This document shows, piece by piece, positions 47,117 through 56,695 of a stretch of 64,000 bases of DNA; positions within the stretch are counted from its first letter, which is position 1; each line of letters starts with the position of its first letter. The stretch lies in assembly GCA_038211695.1 (NCBI GenBank), contig JBBQVH010000017.1:1081-65080 (forward strand), read 5' to 3'. The translations under genes were made by a program, and so were the position numbers. The stretch comes from Blastocatellia bacterium (lineage in GTDB: Bacteria; Acidobacteriota; Blastocatellia; RBC074). Under the pieces are notes generated by a model that worked only from the letters and a program-made list of their open reading frames with translations, was not told the DNA's origin and ran no database searches.

Positions 47117-47126
47117 GGGCAAGACC

Positions 47127-47453
47127 TCACGCGCGGGATGTTTTGGGTTTGTCGTTCTTTTGCGGCTGCGCCTGTTCCAGCAACCGGTAACGGCTGCGCG
47201 CCTCAACAAGCGCTTCTCGCCCCTCGCGCGTCAGTTCATAATATTTGCGCGGCGGGCGCGATTCTTCCTGCGCGATGGCGTGTTTTTCCCACTTCGATTT
47301 GACGTATCCGGTTTCTTCCATCCGCCGCAAAGCCGGATAAACTGTGCCACTTGGCAAACCCGTCACATCCATAATGTCGAAGCCATATTGATAGCCATTC
47401 TCCAGCGCCTGCAAAATGACGGCGGCGGAAAAAGATAGATAGTTCTTTCCCAT
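47127..47453 (-). CDS. PadR-family transcriptional regulator
   Basis: [30 protein letters not shown]. Confidence 0.93.
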   Translation of the reverse strand: MGKNYLSFSAAVILQALENGYQYGFDIMDVTGLPSGTVYPALRRMEETGYVKSKWEKHAIAQEESRPPRKYYELTREGREALVEARSRYRLLEQAQPQKNDKPKTSRA

Positions 47454-47466
47454 TCGAAGCTCCTCT

Positions 47467-47522
47467 TGTTTTACTGCTTATCTCGCTTTCTGCTTATATC
47501 GTTTACTACATAGATACGTCAA
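47467..47522 (-). promoter_or_regulatory. padR promoter with three 16-bp imperfect direct repeats
   Basis: TTGACG-18 bp-TATAAG overlapping TCTATGTAGTAAACGA / TATAAGCAGAAAGCGA / GATAAGCAGTAAAACA (minus strand). Confidence 0.5.
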
Positions 47523-47702
47523 GCGGCGACTGAAAAAAATCGCGCGGCAATCGGAATGGGAGTGGTAAGACCCCGGAAGGAAAAACGATTGGCTGAAAAT
47601 CAAAGTGGGATGAGTGGATCGCCTCATCCCGCTTGCGTGCATTTCTTGGAAGGAGTGTCTATTTCCTGGCTTCCTGTTTTCCAGTGGGCGGAGGTCTTTC
47701 CC

Positions 47703-49277
47703 TTAAATCTCCGGAATACCTGCTGAAGCTTCTCCGGCCATCTCGTCTTTCTGATGTTCCGCATGCGCTAACTCGTGCGCGCCGCCGCGCGGCACAAACA
47801 GAGCAATGATTGTCGCGGCGATGACTGCGGCAAGAATGAAAATGAAGGAGGTGCGCAAAGAACCCGCCAGCGCATTTTGCAGAAAACGCGCTGCTGCCGG
47901 GGAAAGTGACGCTCGCGTTTCGGGCCTGACCATCGCTCCGATCTGACTATGCCCAACAGCACTGGCGATCTCTGCCGGAGCAACGGCCAACTGAGTCCGC
48001 AACCGCCAATTCAGCAGCGCGCCCATCGTGCCCGTGCCAAAAGCCGCGCCAATGCTGCGTGCGAACTGCACGTTGGCAGTGGTAATTCCGATTTGCGAAC
48101 TGGGAACGCCATGTTGTGCGCCAAGCATCAGAGTCGCGACTGTCAGCCCGCCGCCAATTCCCAAAAAGATCACGTCAAACGATAAGCTCAGACGTGTGGT
48201 TTCGGTCGAGATATTGGCCAGCAACGCTGCCCCAATCACCATCGAAGCCATTCCCACCAGCACCAATGGCCGATACCCAAACCGGATAATCAATCGTCCG
48301 CCAATAATTGCTGCCAATACCCACGGCACAATTAGCGGCGTCAGCACTTTGCCGGCTTCGGCGGCGTCCGTGCCGATAACCCCCTGCACGAATAATGGCA
48401 GGAACGACATCGCCCCGATCAGCGCCATCATGACAAAAAAGCCGTGCAGCATTGCCACCGCAACAATTCGGCTGCGAAGCAGTTCCAAGGGGAACAGTGG
48501 CTCAGGATGTTTGCGTTCGATACGAATGAAAAGAACCAGCAGCGCAAGGCACGCAACGATTCCTACGGCACTGACCGGCCACGGAAACTCCGGCCCGCGT
48601 TCAACGACCAGCAGCGCCAGAATCAATGCAATCGAAAGCGTCACCGTGCCCGCGTAATCGAATGAGACCTTTCTGCGACGTTCGAACTTTTCGCGATACG
48701 ACCACCAGATCATGACGCCCGACAACATGCCGAACGGGATGGTGGCGTAAAAGCACGCGCGCCACGACCAGTATTTGGTCAGATAACCGCCAGCGGCAGG
48801 TCCAATCAGACTAGCCAGCGCCCACATTCCGGCAAACAACGGGACGGTCTTTGCGCGCTGTTCCAAGGTCAGCAAATCAGAAGCGATGGTCATGCCGATG
48901 GGAAAGATCGCTGCCGCCCCCAGTCCCTGAATAATGCGGAAGCCGATTAACTGCGGCATTGAGTGCGCAGCGCCCGACAGCGCTGACCCAATGATGAACA
49001 GCGCCAATCCACCGAACATCGCCGGACGCCGCCCGGTCAGATCGGCCATCTTGCCCCAGACCGGCGTCATCACCGTCGAAGCCAGGATGTATGCCGCGAA
49101 GACCCAGCTATAAATTTCAATCCCGCCCAAAGTGGAGATTACCGTCGGCATTGCCGTCCCAACGACTGTGCCTTCCAGCGAAGCCATCAGGATCGCCATG
49201 GCGACTCCGACCAGCGTGATGATTGTGCGAAATGTGTAAGTTTGTCCGGGGGTAGGTTCGATTGCAGTTGAATTCAT
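47703..49277 (-). CDS. MFS transporter, EmrB/QacA (DHA2)-like
   Basis: About 14 hydrophobic helices; [29 protein letters not shown]. Confidence 0.88.
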   Translation of the reverse strand: MNSTAIEPTPGQTYTFRTIITLVGVAMAILMASLEGTVVGTAMPTVISTLGGIEIYSWVFAAYILASTVMTPVWGKMADLTGRRPAMFGGLALFIIGSALSGAAHSMPQLIGFRIIQGLGAAAIFPIGMTIASDLLTLEQRAKTVPLFAGMWALASLIGPAAGGYLTKYWSWRACFYATIPFGMLSGVMIWWSYREKFERRRKVSFDYAGTVTLSIALILALLVVERGPEFPWPVSAVGIVACLALLVLFIRIERKHPEPLFPLELLRSRIVAVAMLHGFFVMMALIGAMSFLPLFVQGVIGTDAAEAGKVLTPLIVPWVLAAIIGGRLIIRFGYRPLVLVGMASMVIGAALLANISTETTRLSLSFDVIFLGIGGGLTVATLMLGAQHGVPSSQIGITTANVQFARSIGAAFGTGTMGALLNWRLRTQLAVAPAEIASAVGHSQIGAMVRPETRASLSPAAARFLQNALAGSLRTSFIFILAAVIAATIIALFVPRGGAHELAHAEHQKDEMAGEASAGIPEI

Positions 49278-49289
49278 TGAATGGTGCTT

Positions 49290-49337
49290 GGTACAGAACC
49301 GGGAGCGTGAGCGACCGGTCGCTTCCGGTTCTGTACC
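49290..49337. repeat. REP-like palindrome
   Basis: GGTACAGAACCGGGAGCG...CGCTTCCGGTTCTGTACC. Confidence 0.65.
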
Positions 49338-49339
49338 GT

Positions 49340-50113
49340 TTATGCCTTGCTCAAAAATTTTCTGACCGCATTCTGGCAGTCAGGCGTCAATCGCGCGATG
49401 ACATTCACATCAACGCCTGCGCGGATGGCTTGCTCAAAACTCATCGCATCAATTTGGTAGAGCAGATATTTTGTCAACATCAGCGCCGACGGACTTAAGG
49501 ACGCGACTTCGGCGGCGAACTTCTCCACTTCCGTTTCAAAATCCGCGTCATCGTACACACGATTGATGAAGCCGATGTTGGCCGCTTCGTCCGCCGAAAA
49601 AGTCTTAGCCGTCGCCAGAATTTCAAACGCGCGCTTTTCGCCCAGATTGCGCCGCGCAATGGACATGACGATGGCGGGCACAAAACCGATCCGCGTTTCG
49701 GTGTAACAGAAACTGGCCGACCGCGCCGCAATCACCATGTCGCAAGCCGAAGCCAACCCCGCACCGCCCGCCAATGCGCGCCCGTGAACAGCGGCGATGA
49801 CAGGCTTCTTCAGCCTGCGCATCTTGATGAATAGATCAGCCATCTGCGATGCGCCATCAAGATTTTCCAGAATCGAAGCCTGCGCCGATTTTTCCAATTG
49901 TGACAGATCAGCGCCCGCGCAGAAGTCCTTCCCTGCCCCGCGCAATACAACCACGCGGACTTGCTCATCCGCTTCCGCCGCATCAATTGCTTCGCGCAGT
50001 TCAATCAGCAGTTGGTCATTCAACGCATTGCGCTTGTCAGGGCGATTCAGCGTAATAGCGGCGACGCCGTTTTTTATGTCGTAAAGGATGTTCTTGAACT
50101 CTGCCACACTCAT
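49340..50113 (-). CDS. Enoyl-CoA hydratase/isomerase (methylglutaconyl-CoA hydratase-like)
   Basis: [37 protein letters not shown]. Confidence 0.9.
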   Translation of the reverse strand: MSVAEFKNILYDIKNGVAAITLNRPDKRNALNDQLLIELREAIDAAEADEQVRVVVLRGAGKDFCAGADLSQLEKSAQASILENLDGASQMADLFIKMRRLKKPVIAAVHGRALAGGAGLASACDMVIAARSASFCYTETRIGFVPAIVMSIARRNLGEKRAFEILATAKTFSADEAANIGFINRVYDDADFETEVEKFAAEVASLSPSALMLTKYLLYQIDAMSFEQAIRAGVDVNVIARLTPDCQNAVRKFLSKA

Positions 50114-50121
50114 CTCCTTGA

Positions 50122-50185
50122 AAAGTGTGGAGTGGACTTTAGTCCGCTCGCTTGCCGGAGCGGACTAAAGTCCACTCCACACTTT
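50122..50185. repeat. REP-like perfect 28-bp inverted pair
   Basis: AAAGTGTGGAGTGGACTTTAGTCCGCTC and its reverse complement, 8-nt spacer. Confidence 0.8.
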
Positions 50186-50345
50186 CGTCGTTTCAGGCCA
50201 TTGCGATGTAATTTTCATTGTTGCCGGGAAGGTCAAGTTTGTCCAACAACTCATCAGTTGACCGGCTTCCAAACCATCCTGTAACGTGCCACCACCAATT
50301 AGAAAATCCGTTTAGAACTTCAACTTTAACAATCGGAGGCGATCC

Positions 50346-51662
50346 ATGAAGGTAAAACTTGCTCTTGCCGTGTCTATGGCCTTGTTCGCGGCGTTGGTTA
50401 TTTTGATGACGAAATGGCCATCGGGCGTGAATGCGGCAGATGACGTTCGCGAGAAAGAGATAGCGCGCGCAGCAGAAGGCATGCGCCAGAAACTGATCGA
50501 ACAGCGCCGTGATTTCCACATCAATCCGGAGCTATCCAATCGCGAAGAACGCACGGCAAGAGTGGTCGCTGAAAGGCTTCGCGCGCTGGGGCTGGACGAG
50601 GTCAAGACCGGCGTCGGCAAATATGGCGTCGTTGCCTTGTTAAAAGGAAAACTGCCGGGTGGAATCGTCGCCGTGCGAGCGGATATGGATGCGTTGCCGA
50701 TCCAGGAAACGATTGATGTCGCCTATAAATCGAAGAACCCCGGAGTCAAACACGCCTGCGGCCACGACCTGCATATGACTATTGAATTAGGCGTCGCCGA
50801 AGTCTTAAGCAAAATGCGCGACCGCATTCACGGCACAATCAAATTCATCTTTCAACCTGCCGAAGAAGGCGCGCCGACGGGCGAGCGTGGCGGCGCTCCG
50901 TTGATGATTGAAGAAGGCTGCCTGGAAAACCCGCGCCCCTCCGCCATCTTTGGCCTGCACGTCATGCCCAATATTGAAGTCGGCCAGATCGGCGTGAACT
51001 CCGGCCCGGCAATGGCGTCATCAGATCAATTCTCAATTACCCTTCGCGGCAAAAAAGTTCACGGCGCGTATCCACACGACGGAATTGATACGATCGTCGT
51101 CGCCGCCGAATGTGTCACCGCGTTGCAAACCATTCGCAGCCGCCGCATCAATACGCAGGAGCCATTGGTCATCACGCTCGGCAGCATTCACGGCGGCAAC
51201 CGGTTCAACATCATCACCGACGAAGTAAAGATGGAAGGAACCATGCGCACGCTTAACGAAGAAGTTCGCGCCAAAGCAATGCAGATGATGAAACAAACAC
51301 TCGCCGGAGTAACATCGGTGTACGGCGCAAGTTATGAACTGGAGTTTGGACGTAATAATCCGGTTACCTATAACGACCCGGCGCTGGTTGAAGCTACGTT
51401 GCCAATGATGAAGCGCATTCTTGGCGAAAAAAATGTAACCGTCCCCATGCCCCAAATGGGAGCGGAAGATTTTTCGGCGTACCAGAAAGTGATTCCCGGA
51501 TTTTTTTATTTCCTTGGCGTAGGTAACAAGTCAAAAGGAATTACGGCAATGGTCCATACGCCGGAGTTTGACGCGGACGAGGAAAGTCTGGTGATCGGTG
51601 TCAAAGTCATGTCGAATGTCTTGCTTGATTATCTGGATCGTTACGCAGAAAAGCGGCCATAA
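50346..51662 (+). CDS. M20D amidohydrolase with signal peptide
   Basis: RADMDALP, HACGHD, FQPAEEG, GAEDF, HTPEF. Confidence 0.92.
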   Translation: MKVKLALAVSMALFAALVILMTKWPSGVNAADDVREKEIARAAEGMRQKLIEQRRDFHINPELSNREERTARVVAERLRALGLDEVKTGVGKYGVVALLKGKLPGGIVAVRADMDALPIQETIDVAYKSKNPGVKHACGHDLHMTIELGVAEVLSKMRDRIHGTIKFIFQPAEEGAPTGERGGAPLMIEEGCLENPRPSAIFGLHVMPNIEVGQIGVNSGPAMASSDQFSITLRGKKVHGAYPHDGIDTIVVAAECVTALQTIRSRRINTQEPLVITLGSIHGGNRFNIITDEVKMEGTMRTLNEEVRAKAMQMMKQTLAGVTSVYGASYELEFGRNNPVTYNDPALVEATLPMMKRILGEKNVTVPMPQMGAEDFSAYQKVIPGFFYFLGVGNKSKGITAMVHTPEFDADEESLVIGVKVMSNVLLDYLDRYAEKRP

Positions 51663-51684
51663 GTCCCGGATAAATTTGAAGCTC

Positions 51685-51732
51685 CAATAAAAACCGGATG
51701 AGGCCAACTCCCCTGCGAGCTAACCTCATCCG
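51685..51732 (-). terminator. Minus-strand intrinsic terminator
   Basis: 16-bp stem pairs fully only on the minus strand (3 G-U pairs), followed by GUUUUUAUU. Confidence 0.75.
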
Positions 51733-52413
51733 AAATCGCCGTTACGCCACCCCACTTACCCTACTGGCGCAACGGTGGGGAAAAACCTTAGGCAACAGAA
51801 AATGAAATATAAAGACGAATCAAAGCCAAAAACTGAATCAATGCGTGCGAAGCTGTAGAGGAGGGGGTAACCCGAGAACGCGCGCTGCCGGAACAGGCAA
51901 ACGGGCGGTGGGTGGAAGTGAGCATAGTGTCTGTTGGTCGGGTGTCTGTGGTCGGTGATGCCGGCGGCCTTGGAGATGATCAGGGGTGAGGAGTAATAAA
52001 CGCTCGGTTGCGCAGGATCGGTCGCAGCCTCGCACGCAAGACAAAGAAACTTCCAGGCAGTTGCAAAACTGCCTTTTTTATTTTGGGGCTACTTTTCAAT
52101 GATCTTGGTCAATGATCTTGGTCGGAATAACTCCGGCGCATCATAATTTGGCAGTTATTGCCCGGACCAATCCTTAGATCGGCCTGCCTATCCGGAAGCA
52201 GTTCCGGACGATAAACCACCTGCACATAACAACGATGCCTGTTTACCTGGGCAACAGCCCGCAGAACCAGGCTGACACCCCGGACTCTACTTCAGTAAAC
52301 TGCTCAGATGTTACTTTTCCAGTAAACTCATCACCAGCACGAAAGCCAGAGCGATCTTATTTGCTTGTCTATAATTTGATGAAGGCTTGTCGGTGAGAGG
52401 ACGATTTCCCGAC
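51686..52413 (-). ncRNA. Candidate ~730-nt non-coding transcript
   Basis: Promoter TTGACG-17-TACACT upstream and a strand-specific terminator downstream; no credible ORF between them. Confidence 0.4.
52055..52080 (+). terminator. Plus-strand intrinsic terminator
   Basis: AGGCAGTT-GCAA-AACTGCCT-TTTTT (GNRA loop). Confidence 0.7.
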
Positions 52414-52419
52414 GTGCGG

Positions 52420-52448
52420 AGTGTATGCACGTCCAGGTTACTCGTCAA
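52420..52448 (-). promoter_or_regulatory. Orphan sigma70 promoter
   Basis: TTGACG-17 bp-TACACT. Confidence 0.65.
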
Positions 52449-52606
52449 TGGCATTTTCTAACATCTTTGCCATAAATCATAAATTTAATGTGGACTGACG
52501 AATAACACGAACGGCGGAGGTAGGCTGCTGATGACAATCCTGTAGGACATTCCCTGATACTACAATTATCACCGCGCAGGATTTGTTCGTGGAGCTTCAA
52601 AATGGG

Positions 52607-52628
52607 CAAAAAAGGCAGGTAACTGCCG
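52607..52628 (-). terminator. Terminator of the galK-containing operon
   Basis: GGCAG-TTAC-CTGCC followed by a T run on the minus strand. Confidence 0.65.
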
Positions 52629-52630
52629 GA

Positions 52631-53200
52631 TCATTGTGTCCGGGGAATGTTTGAAGAATATCGTTTTGCCTTAGTTTCAATCGCTTTTGAAAGATCAATA
52701 ATTGCCAGCAAATCTGACTGTGCGCGTTTCGCCTGTTCGGTATCGAAAATCTTGCTGTTTTGAAGATGGGGATTGTGCGCAAAATCCCAGATGTGCTTCG
52801 CCAGACGGCGAATTGATTCGTCGTACTGCTTTGGCGTAGTGATGTCCGTATTGATCTTTGGCGGTGACGCCAAACCGCCCAGCGCAGTAAGTGAAAGCAA
52901 TGCCTTCGCGCGTTTATTGATTGATTTGCTGTCTTTGGCTAACCGCTCGGAGGTCAGACGATTGGCTTCATGCTCCTTGAGCAGATTTTGACCGAGAAGT
53001 TGCAGGTCGCGGAAGTTTTGGCTGAACTGTTGACGGTGATAGGCTCGTTCACGCTCCCGCTCCCAATTTTTGGGCGTCTGGTTTGCAGGTTCGGCGGCGG
53101 CGGCGTAGAAAGCCTGACCTGAGGAGAACTGGCCAGGGATAAGCCAAGCCACTAACAACGCGACGCACAAATGTCTGGCTACATTATTATCAAGTAACAT
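52631..53200 (-). CDS. Hypothetical exported helical protein
   Basis: Signal-peptide-like N-terminus, helical charged body; no family recognised. Confidence 0.65.
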   Translation of the reverse strand: MLLDNNVARHLCVALLVAWLIPGQFSSGQAFYAAAAEPANQTPKNWERERERAYHRQQFSQNFRDLQLLGQNLLKEHEANRLTSERLAKDSKSINKRAKALLSLTALGGLASPPKINTDITTPKQYDESIRRLAKHIWDFAHNPHLQNSKIFDTEQAKRAQSDLLAIIDLSKAIETKAKRYSSNIPRTQ

Positions 53201-53281
53201 GGCTTGGTTTCTGTGTGCCAGCTTGGTTATGCTGGAATAACAAAGTGCTTCAAACAGGAATAACCTTGAAGTATTTTTAGC

Positions 53282-54451
53282 TTACCGGTTCTCTTCCCTT
53301 GCTCCATCTGATGCCTGGCAAACATAACACTGCGCAATCAAACCGGTCTTGCTTTGGTAAGCTTCCGTAATCGAAGAGATGAAGGATTCCACCTGCCCGG
53401 CAACAACCAGATTGACCGTGCATCCGCCAAATCCGCCGCCCGTCATTCGCGCACCGTAGACGCCCGCGCATTGCCTGGCAATTTCGACCAACCAGTCCAG
53501 TTCGCGGCAACTGACTTCGTAATCGTCGCGCAAGCTTTCGTGCGAGGCATACATCAATTTGCCGAATTGAACCGGGTCGCCTTTTTTCAGCGACTCAACC
53601 ACCGCCAACGTGCGCGCATTTTCGGTCAGCACGTGATTCGCGCGGCGGCGAATCACATCAGGCAAGGCATCCGCCCATACATCAAATTCCTCAATCTCGA
53701 CATCACGCAGCGCCAGAATGCCTGGCAAATAAGTGGCCAGCCGCCGGACGGCTTCTTCGCATTCCGCGCGGCGTGTGTTGTATTCGCTTGCTGCCAGATC
53801 GTGCTTGACCATCGAATTGCAAACCACAATCCGCACGTCACTCAGGTCAATCGGGACGGCTTCGTATTCCAGGCTGCGGCAGTCAAGCAACAGTGCGTGG
53901 CCGGCAATGCCCAGAGCAGCGATGTATTGATCCATAATGCCGCTGCGTGTCCCGGCGAATTCGTGTTCGGCGCGTTGCGCGGCCAGCGCCAAAGCAATCA
54001 GACCATTCGGCGAATCAACAGACTGATTCGAAATCTTCAGCATTGCGAAGCCGGCTGAAACTTCCAGCGCGGCGGAAGAACTCAAGCCGGAACCGGGCGG
54101 CACCTCGCTGGCAATCAACAAATCCGCGCCGCGCAAGGCAACCTCATCACGCAACAGACAGGTTGCCACGCCCCGCACGTGATTGGCCCAATCTTTTCCG
54201 GGCTTCAGATCAGGATTCAATTCAAATTCAATTTGCCCGGCGAACTCTTCCGAAGCGCAACGAACGATGCCGTCATTGCGCGGCGCGGCGGCCACATACG
54301 TGCGCCGGTCAATCGCCATTGGCAGCACAAACCCGTCGTTGTAGTCGGTATGCTCGCCGATCAAATTGACCCGGCCTGGCGCTGAAAAGATGCGCGGCTC
54401 GCCGCCGTAAAGCTGCCGAAACTGCTCTCTCAATCCGGACAAATTCATCAT
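53282..54451 (-). CDS. galK: Galactokinase
   Basis: APGRVNLIGEHTDYN, GSGLSSSAA, GIMDQ, GARMTGGGFGG. Confidence 0.96.
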   Translation of the reverse strand: MMNLSGLREQFRQLYGGEPRIFSAPGRVNLIGEHTDYNDGFVLPMAIDRRTYVAAAPRNDGIVRCASEEFAGQIEFELNPDLKPGKDWANHVRGVATCLLRDEVALRGADLLIASEVPPGSGLSSSAALEVSAGFAMLKISNQSVDSPNGLIALALAAQRAEHEFAGTRSGIMDQYIAALGIAGHALLLDCRSLEYEAVPIDLSDVRIVVCNSMVKHDLAASEYNTRRAECEEAVRRLATYLPGILALRDVEIEEFDVWADALPDVIRRRANHVLTENARTLAVVESLKKGDPVQFGKLMYASHESLRDDYEVSCRELDWLVEIARQCAGVYGARMTGGGFGGCTVNLVVAGQVESFISSITEAYQSKTGLIAQCYVCQASDGAREENR

Positions 54452-54993
54452 TGTTTTTTTGAGCCAGGTTTTTTGAGCCAATCGGTAATGATCTCGCGCA
54501 ACTTCTCCCCTTCCAACCTACCGCGCACGGCATCAATCACTTCCATATGCGCTTGCTCGTTACGCTCGTAAATACCGACCCAATAGGGCAAATGGAAACT
54601 GGCAATCTGTTCGCCGCCAACCTTCAAATCGCCAAGCTTGAAGAAGCCTTTTCGAAAAGCTTCGCGTTTCAACTTTTCTTCGAGCAGTTTCAGCGCATGC
54701 CGTTCGTTCACCAACGAAGGAGCGCTCCGCACAGTCTTGATGACGACCAGTTCTTCGGCTCCGGGTGCTTCGGGAAACAAGTAAGGATCAAGCCCGCCAA
54801 TCACGGCATCAATCGCCATCAGCAATTCTTTTTTCTGTTTGCCATCATCCAGCCACAGGCGAAACAACCGGAATGGCACGTAAAAATCCATGACCAACCG
54901 CAACCGGCCATAACGGCTTTCACGCCAAGACTGCCGCAGCATGGCCACGGCTTGCTCACGCGTGGTCTTAGGTTTTAAGCAAAATAAATCCAC
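54448..54993 (-). CDS. Hypothetical protein coupled to the symporter and galK
   Basis: Overlaps both neighbours; FYVPF and HLPYWVG motifs. Confidence 0.65.
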   Translation of the reverse strand: MDLFCLKPKTTREQAVAMLRQSWRESRYGRLRLVMDFYVPFRLFRLWLDDGKQKKELLMAIDAVIGGLDPYLFPEAPGAEELVVIKTVRSAPSLVNERHALKLLEEKLKREAFRKGFFKLGDLKVGGEQIASFHLPYWVGIYERNEQAHMEVIDAVRGRLEGEKLREIITDWLKKPGSKKQ

Positions 54994-56669
54994 AAAGAAA
55001 TGATCATGACGATCAGCACACCCGCCAAAGCCAGATTGATCTTCCGCTGATTCGGCGCTTCAGGTTCCATCGGGATCTCAAGGATGCTTTCCGATCCAAT
55101 CATGCCCAGGTCAATTTTCTCCTTGATCGTTTGGAAAGTCAGCCCAGCAACTTTGCTCGCTGCCGGAGCGGGCGTCAACAAACTGACGACGATCAGCACT
55201 GCGACGCAAACGGCAAACATCAGCACCGCAAAATGCAGAAAATTCACGCGGACGAAAAATTCCAGGACACCGAACGGAGAGCTTGGAAGGTGTTGCCCGG
55301 CATAAACCACTTCCAGAATGAATCGCGTTGCGCCAATCACAAACCCAGTTAGTAAAGAGGAAATCGCTCCCTGCCCATTGATCCGTTTCCAGAAAACACC
55401 AAACAGGAAGACGGCGGCAATCGGCGGCGAAATATAAGCTTGCACGCTTTGCAGATAAATCCAAAGCTTCGAACTGATACGGCCCATAAATGGAATCCAC
55501 ATCAGGCTCAATATAATCATGACCACCGTGGCCAAACGCCCGACGTTGATCAATCGTTTTTCCGAAGCGTCCGGGTTGAACTTTTTATAAAAGTCCATTG
55601 TGAAGATGGTCGAACTGGAATTGAAAACCGAAGCCTTGCTGGCCATCAGCGCCGCCAGCATTGCCGCAACCATTACTCCCTGCAAGCCCGCAGGCATCAG
55701 CCGAACAACCAGCATCGGAAACGCCGAGTTCGAATCAGCAGCCATCTCCTGCGGATACAAGGCTCGCGCAATCATTCCCGGCACGATCAACATAAAGACC
55801 GGCAGGATTTTCAAAAACCCCGCCAGGACGGTTCCGGCTTTGGCATTGCCGACATCTTTGGCGGACAGCACGCGCTGCACAATGACCTGATCTGTGCACC
55901 AATACCAAATGCCCAAAATCGGTGCGCCAAAGAAAATCCCCGTCCACGGAAAATCTTTGTCAGACATCGGTTTCATCATATGGAAGAAGTCCGCAGGCAC
56001 CGCGGCTTGTAAGCCCGACCAGCCGCCAACCTTCCCCAAACCGATAAACGCCAGGATCAACGCACCGGCAACCAGAATCACCGTCTGAATCACTTCCGTG
56101 TAGATCACCGCCGCCAGGCCTCCAGCCACAGTGTAAATCCCTGTCGCGATCACCAGCGCCAGCGAACTTTTGACCATGCCCCATCCCAGCACGGCTTTCA
56201 GCACAATTGCCCCCGCAAAGATCGAGACGGCAATCTTGGTAAACAAGTAGGCGATCAACGAAATGCTGGCCAGATAAGTGCGGCACGCGCTGTTGTAACG
56301 GCGCTCTAAAAACTCCGGCATTGTGTACACGTTCGAGCGCAGATAGAACGGTACAAAGACCCAGCCGAGCATCAACACCATCAGCGAAGCCAGCCATTCG
56401 AAATGCCCCGCCGCCATGCCCGTCGAAGCGCCGCTGCCAGCCAGACCGATGAAATGCTCGCTGCCGATGTTCGATGAAAACAGCGATGCGCCAATCGCCC
56501 ACCACGCCACATCGCGACTGGCCAAAAAGTATCCTGCCGCCGTGCGCTCTCCGCGCGAATGGTACCAGCCGATGGCAAAGACCACGGCGAAATAGAGCGC
56601 CAGCACGACGTAATCAATCCCAACCAAATGCGTCGTTCCGGCCTGAAAAAGCAGCAATGTCTGGGGCAT
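54975..56669 (-). CDS. Sodium:solute symporter (SGLT/SLC5-like sugar transporter)
   Basis: SNIGSEHFIGLAGSG, TMPEFL, YWCTDQVIVQR. Confidence 0.94.
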   Translation of the reverse strand: MPQTLLLFQAGTTHLVGIDYVVLALYFAVVFAIGWYHSRGERTAAGYFLASRDVAWWAIGASLFSSNIGSEHFIGLAGSGASTGMAAGHFEWLASLMVLMLGWVFVPFYLRSNVYTMPEFLERRYNSACRTYLASISLIAYLFTKIAVSIFAGAIVLKAVLGWGMVKSSLALVIATGIYTVAGGLAAVIYTEVIQTVILVAGALILAFIGLGKVGGWSGLQAAVPADFFHMMKPMSDKDFPWTGIFFGAPILGIWYWCTDQVIVQRVLSAKDVGNAKAGTVLAGFLKILPVFMLIVPGMIARALYPQEMAADSNSAFPMLVVRLMPAGLQGVMVAAMLAALMASKASVFNSSSTIFTMDFYKKFNPDASEKRLINVGRLATVVMIILSLMWIPFMGRISSKLWIYLQSVQAYISPPIAAVFLFGVFWKRINGQGAISSLLTGFVIGATRFILEVVYAGQHLPSSPFGVLEFFVRVNFLHFAVLMFAVCVAVLIVVSLLTPAPAASKVAGLTFQTIKEKIDLGMIGSESILEIPMEPEAPNQRKINLALAGVLIVMIISLWIYFA

Positions 56670-56695
56670 GGTGTCTCCCGATTTTTAGTTGATGT

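Noticed and set aside
51838-52044. 68-aa ORF as a type I toxin
   Set aside because: TTG start without RBS, no hydrophobic helix, atypical composition
52311-52372. tmRNA-tag-like reading (ANKIALAF...) on the minus strand
   Set aside because: No stop after the ALA motif, and no tRNA-like ends or T-loop found; the only upstream start lies inside the promoter
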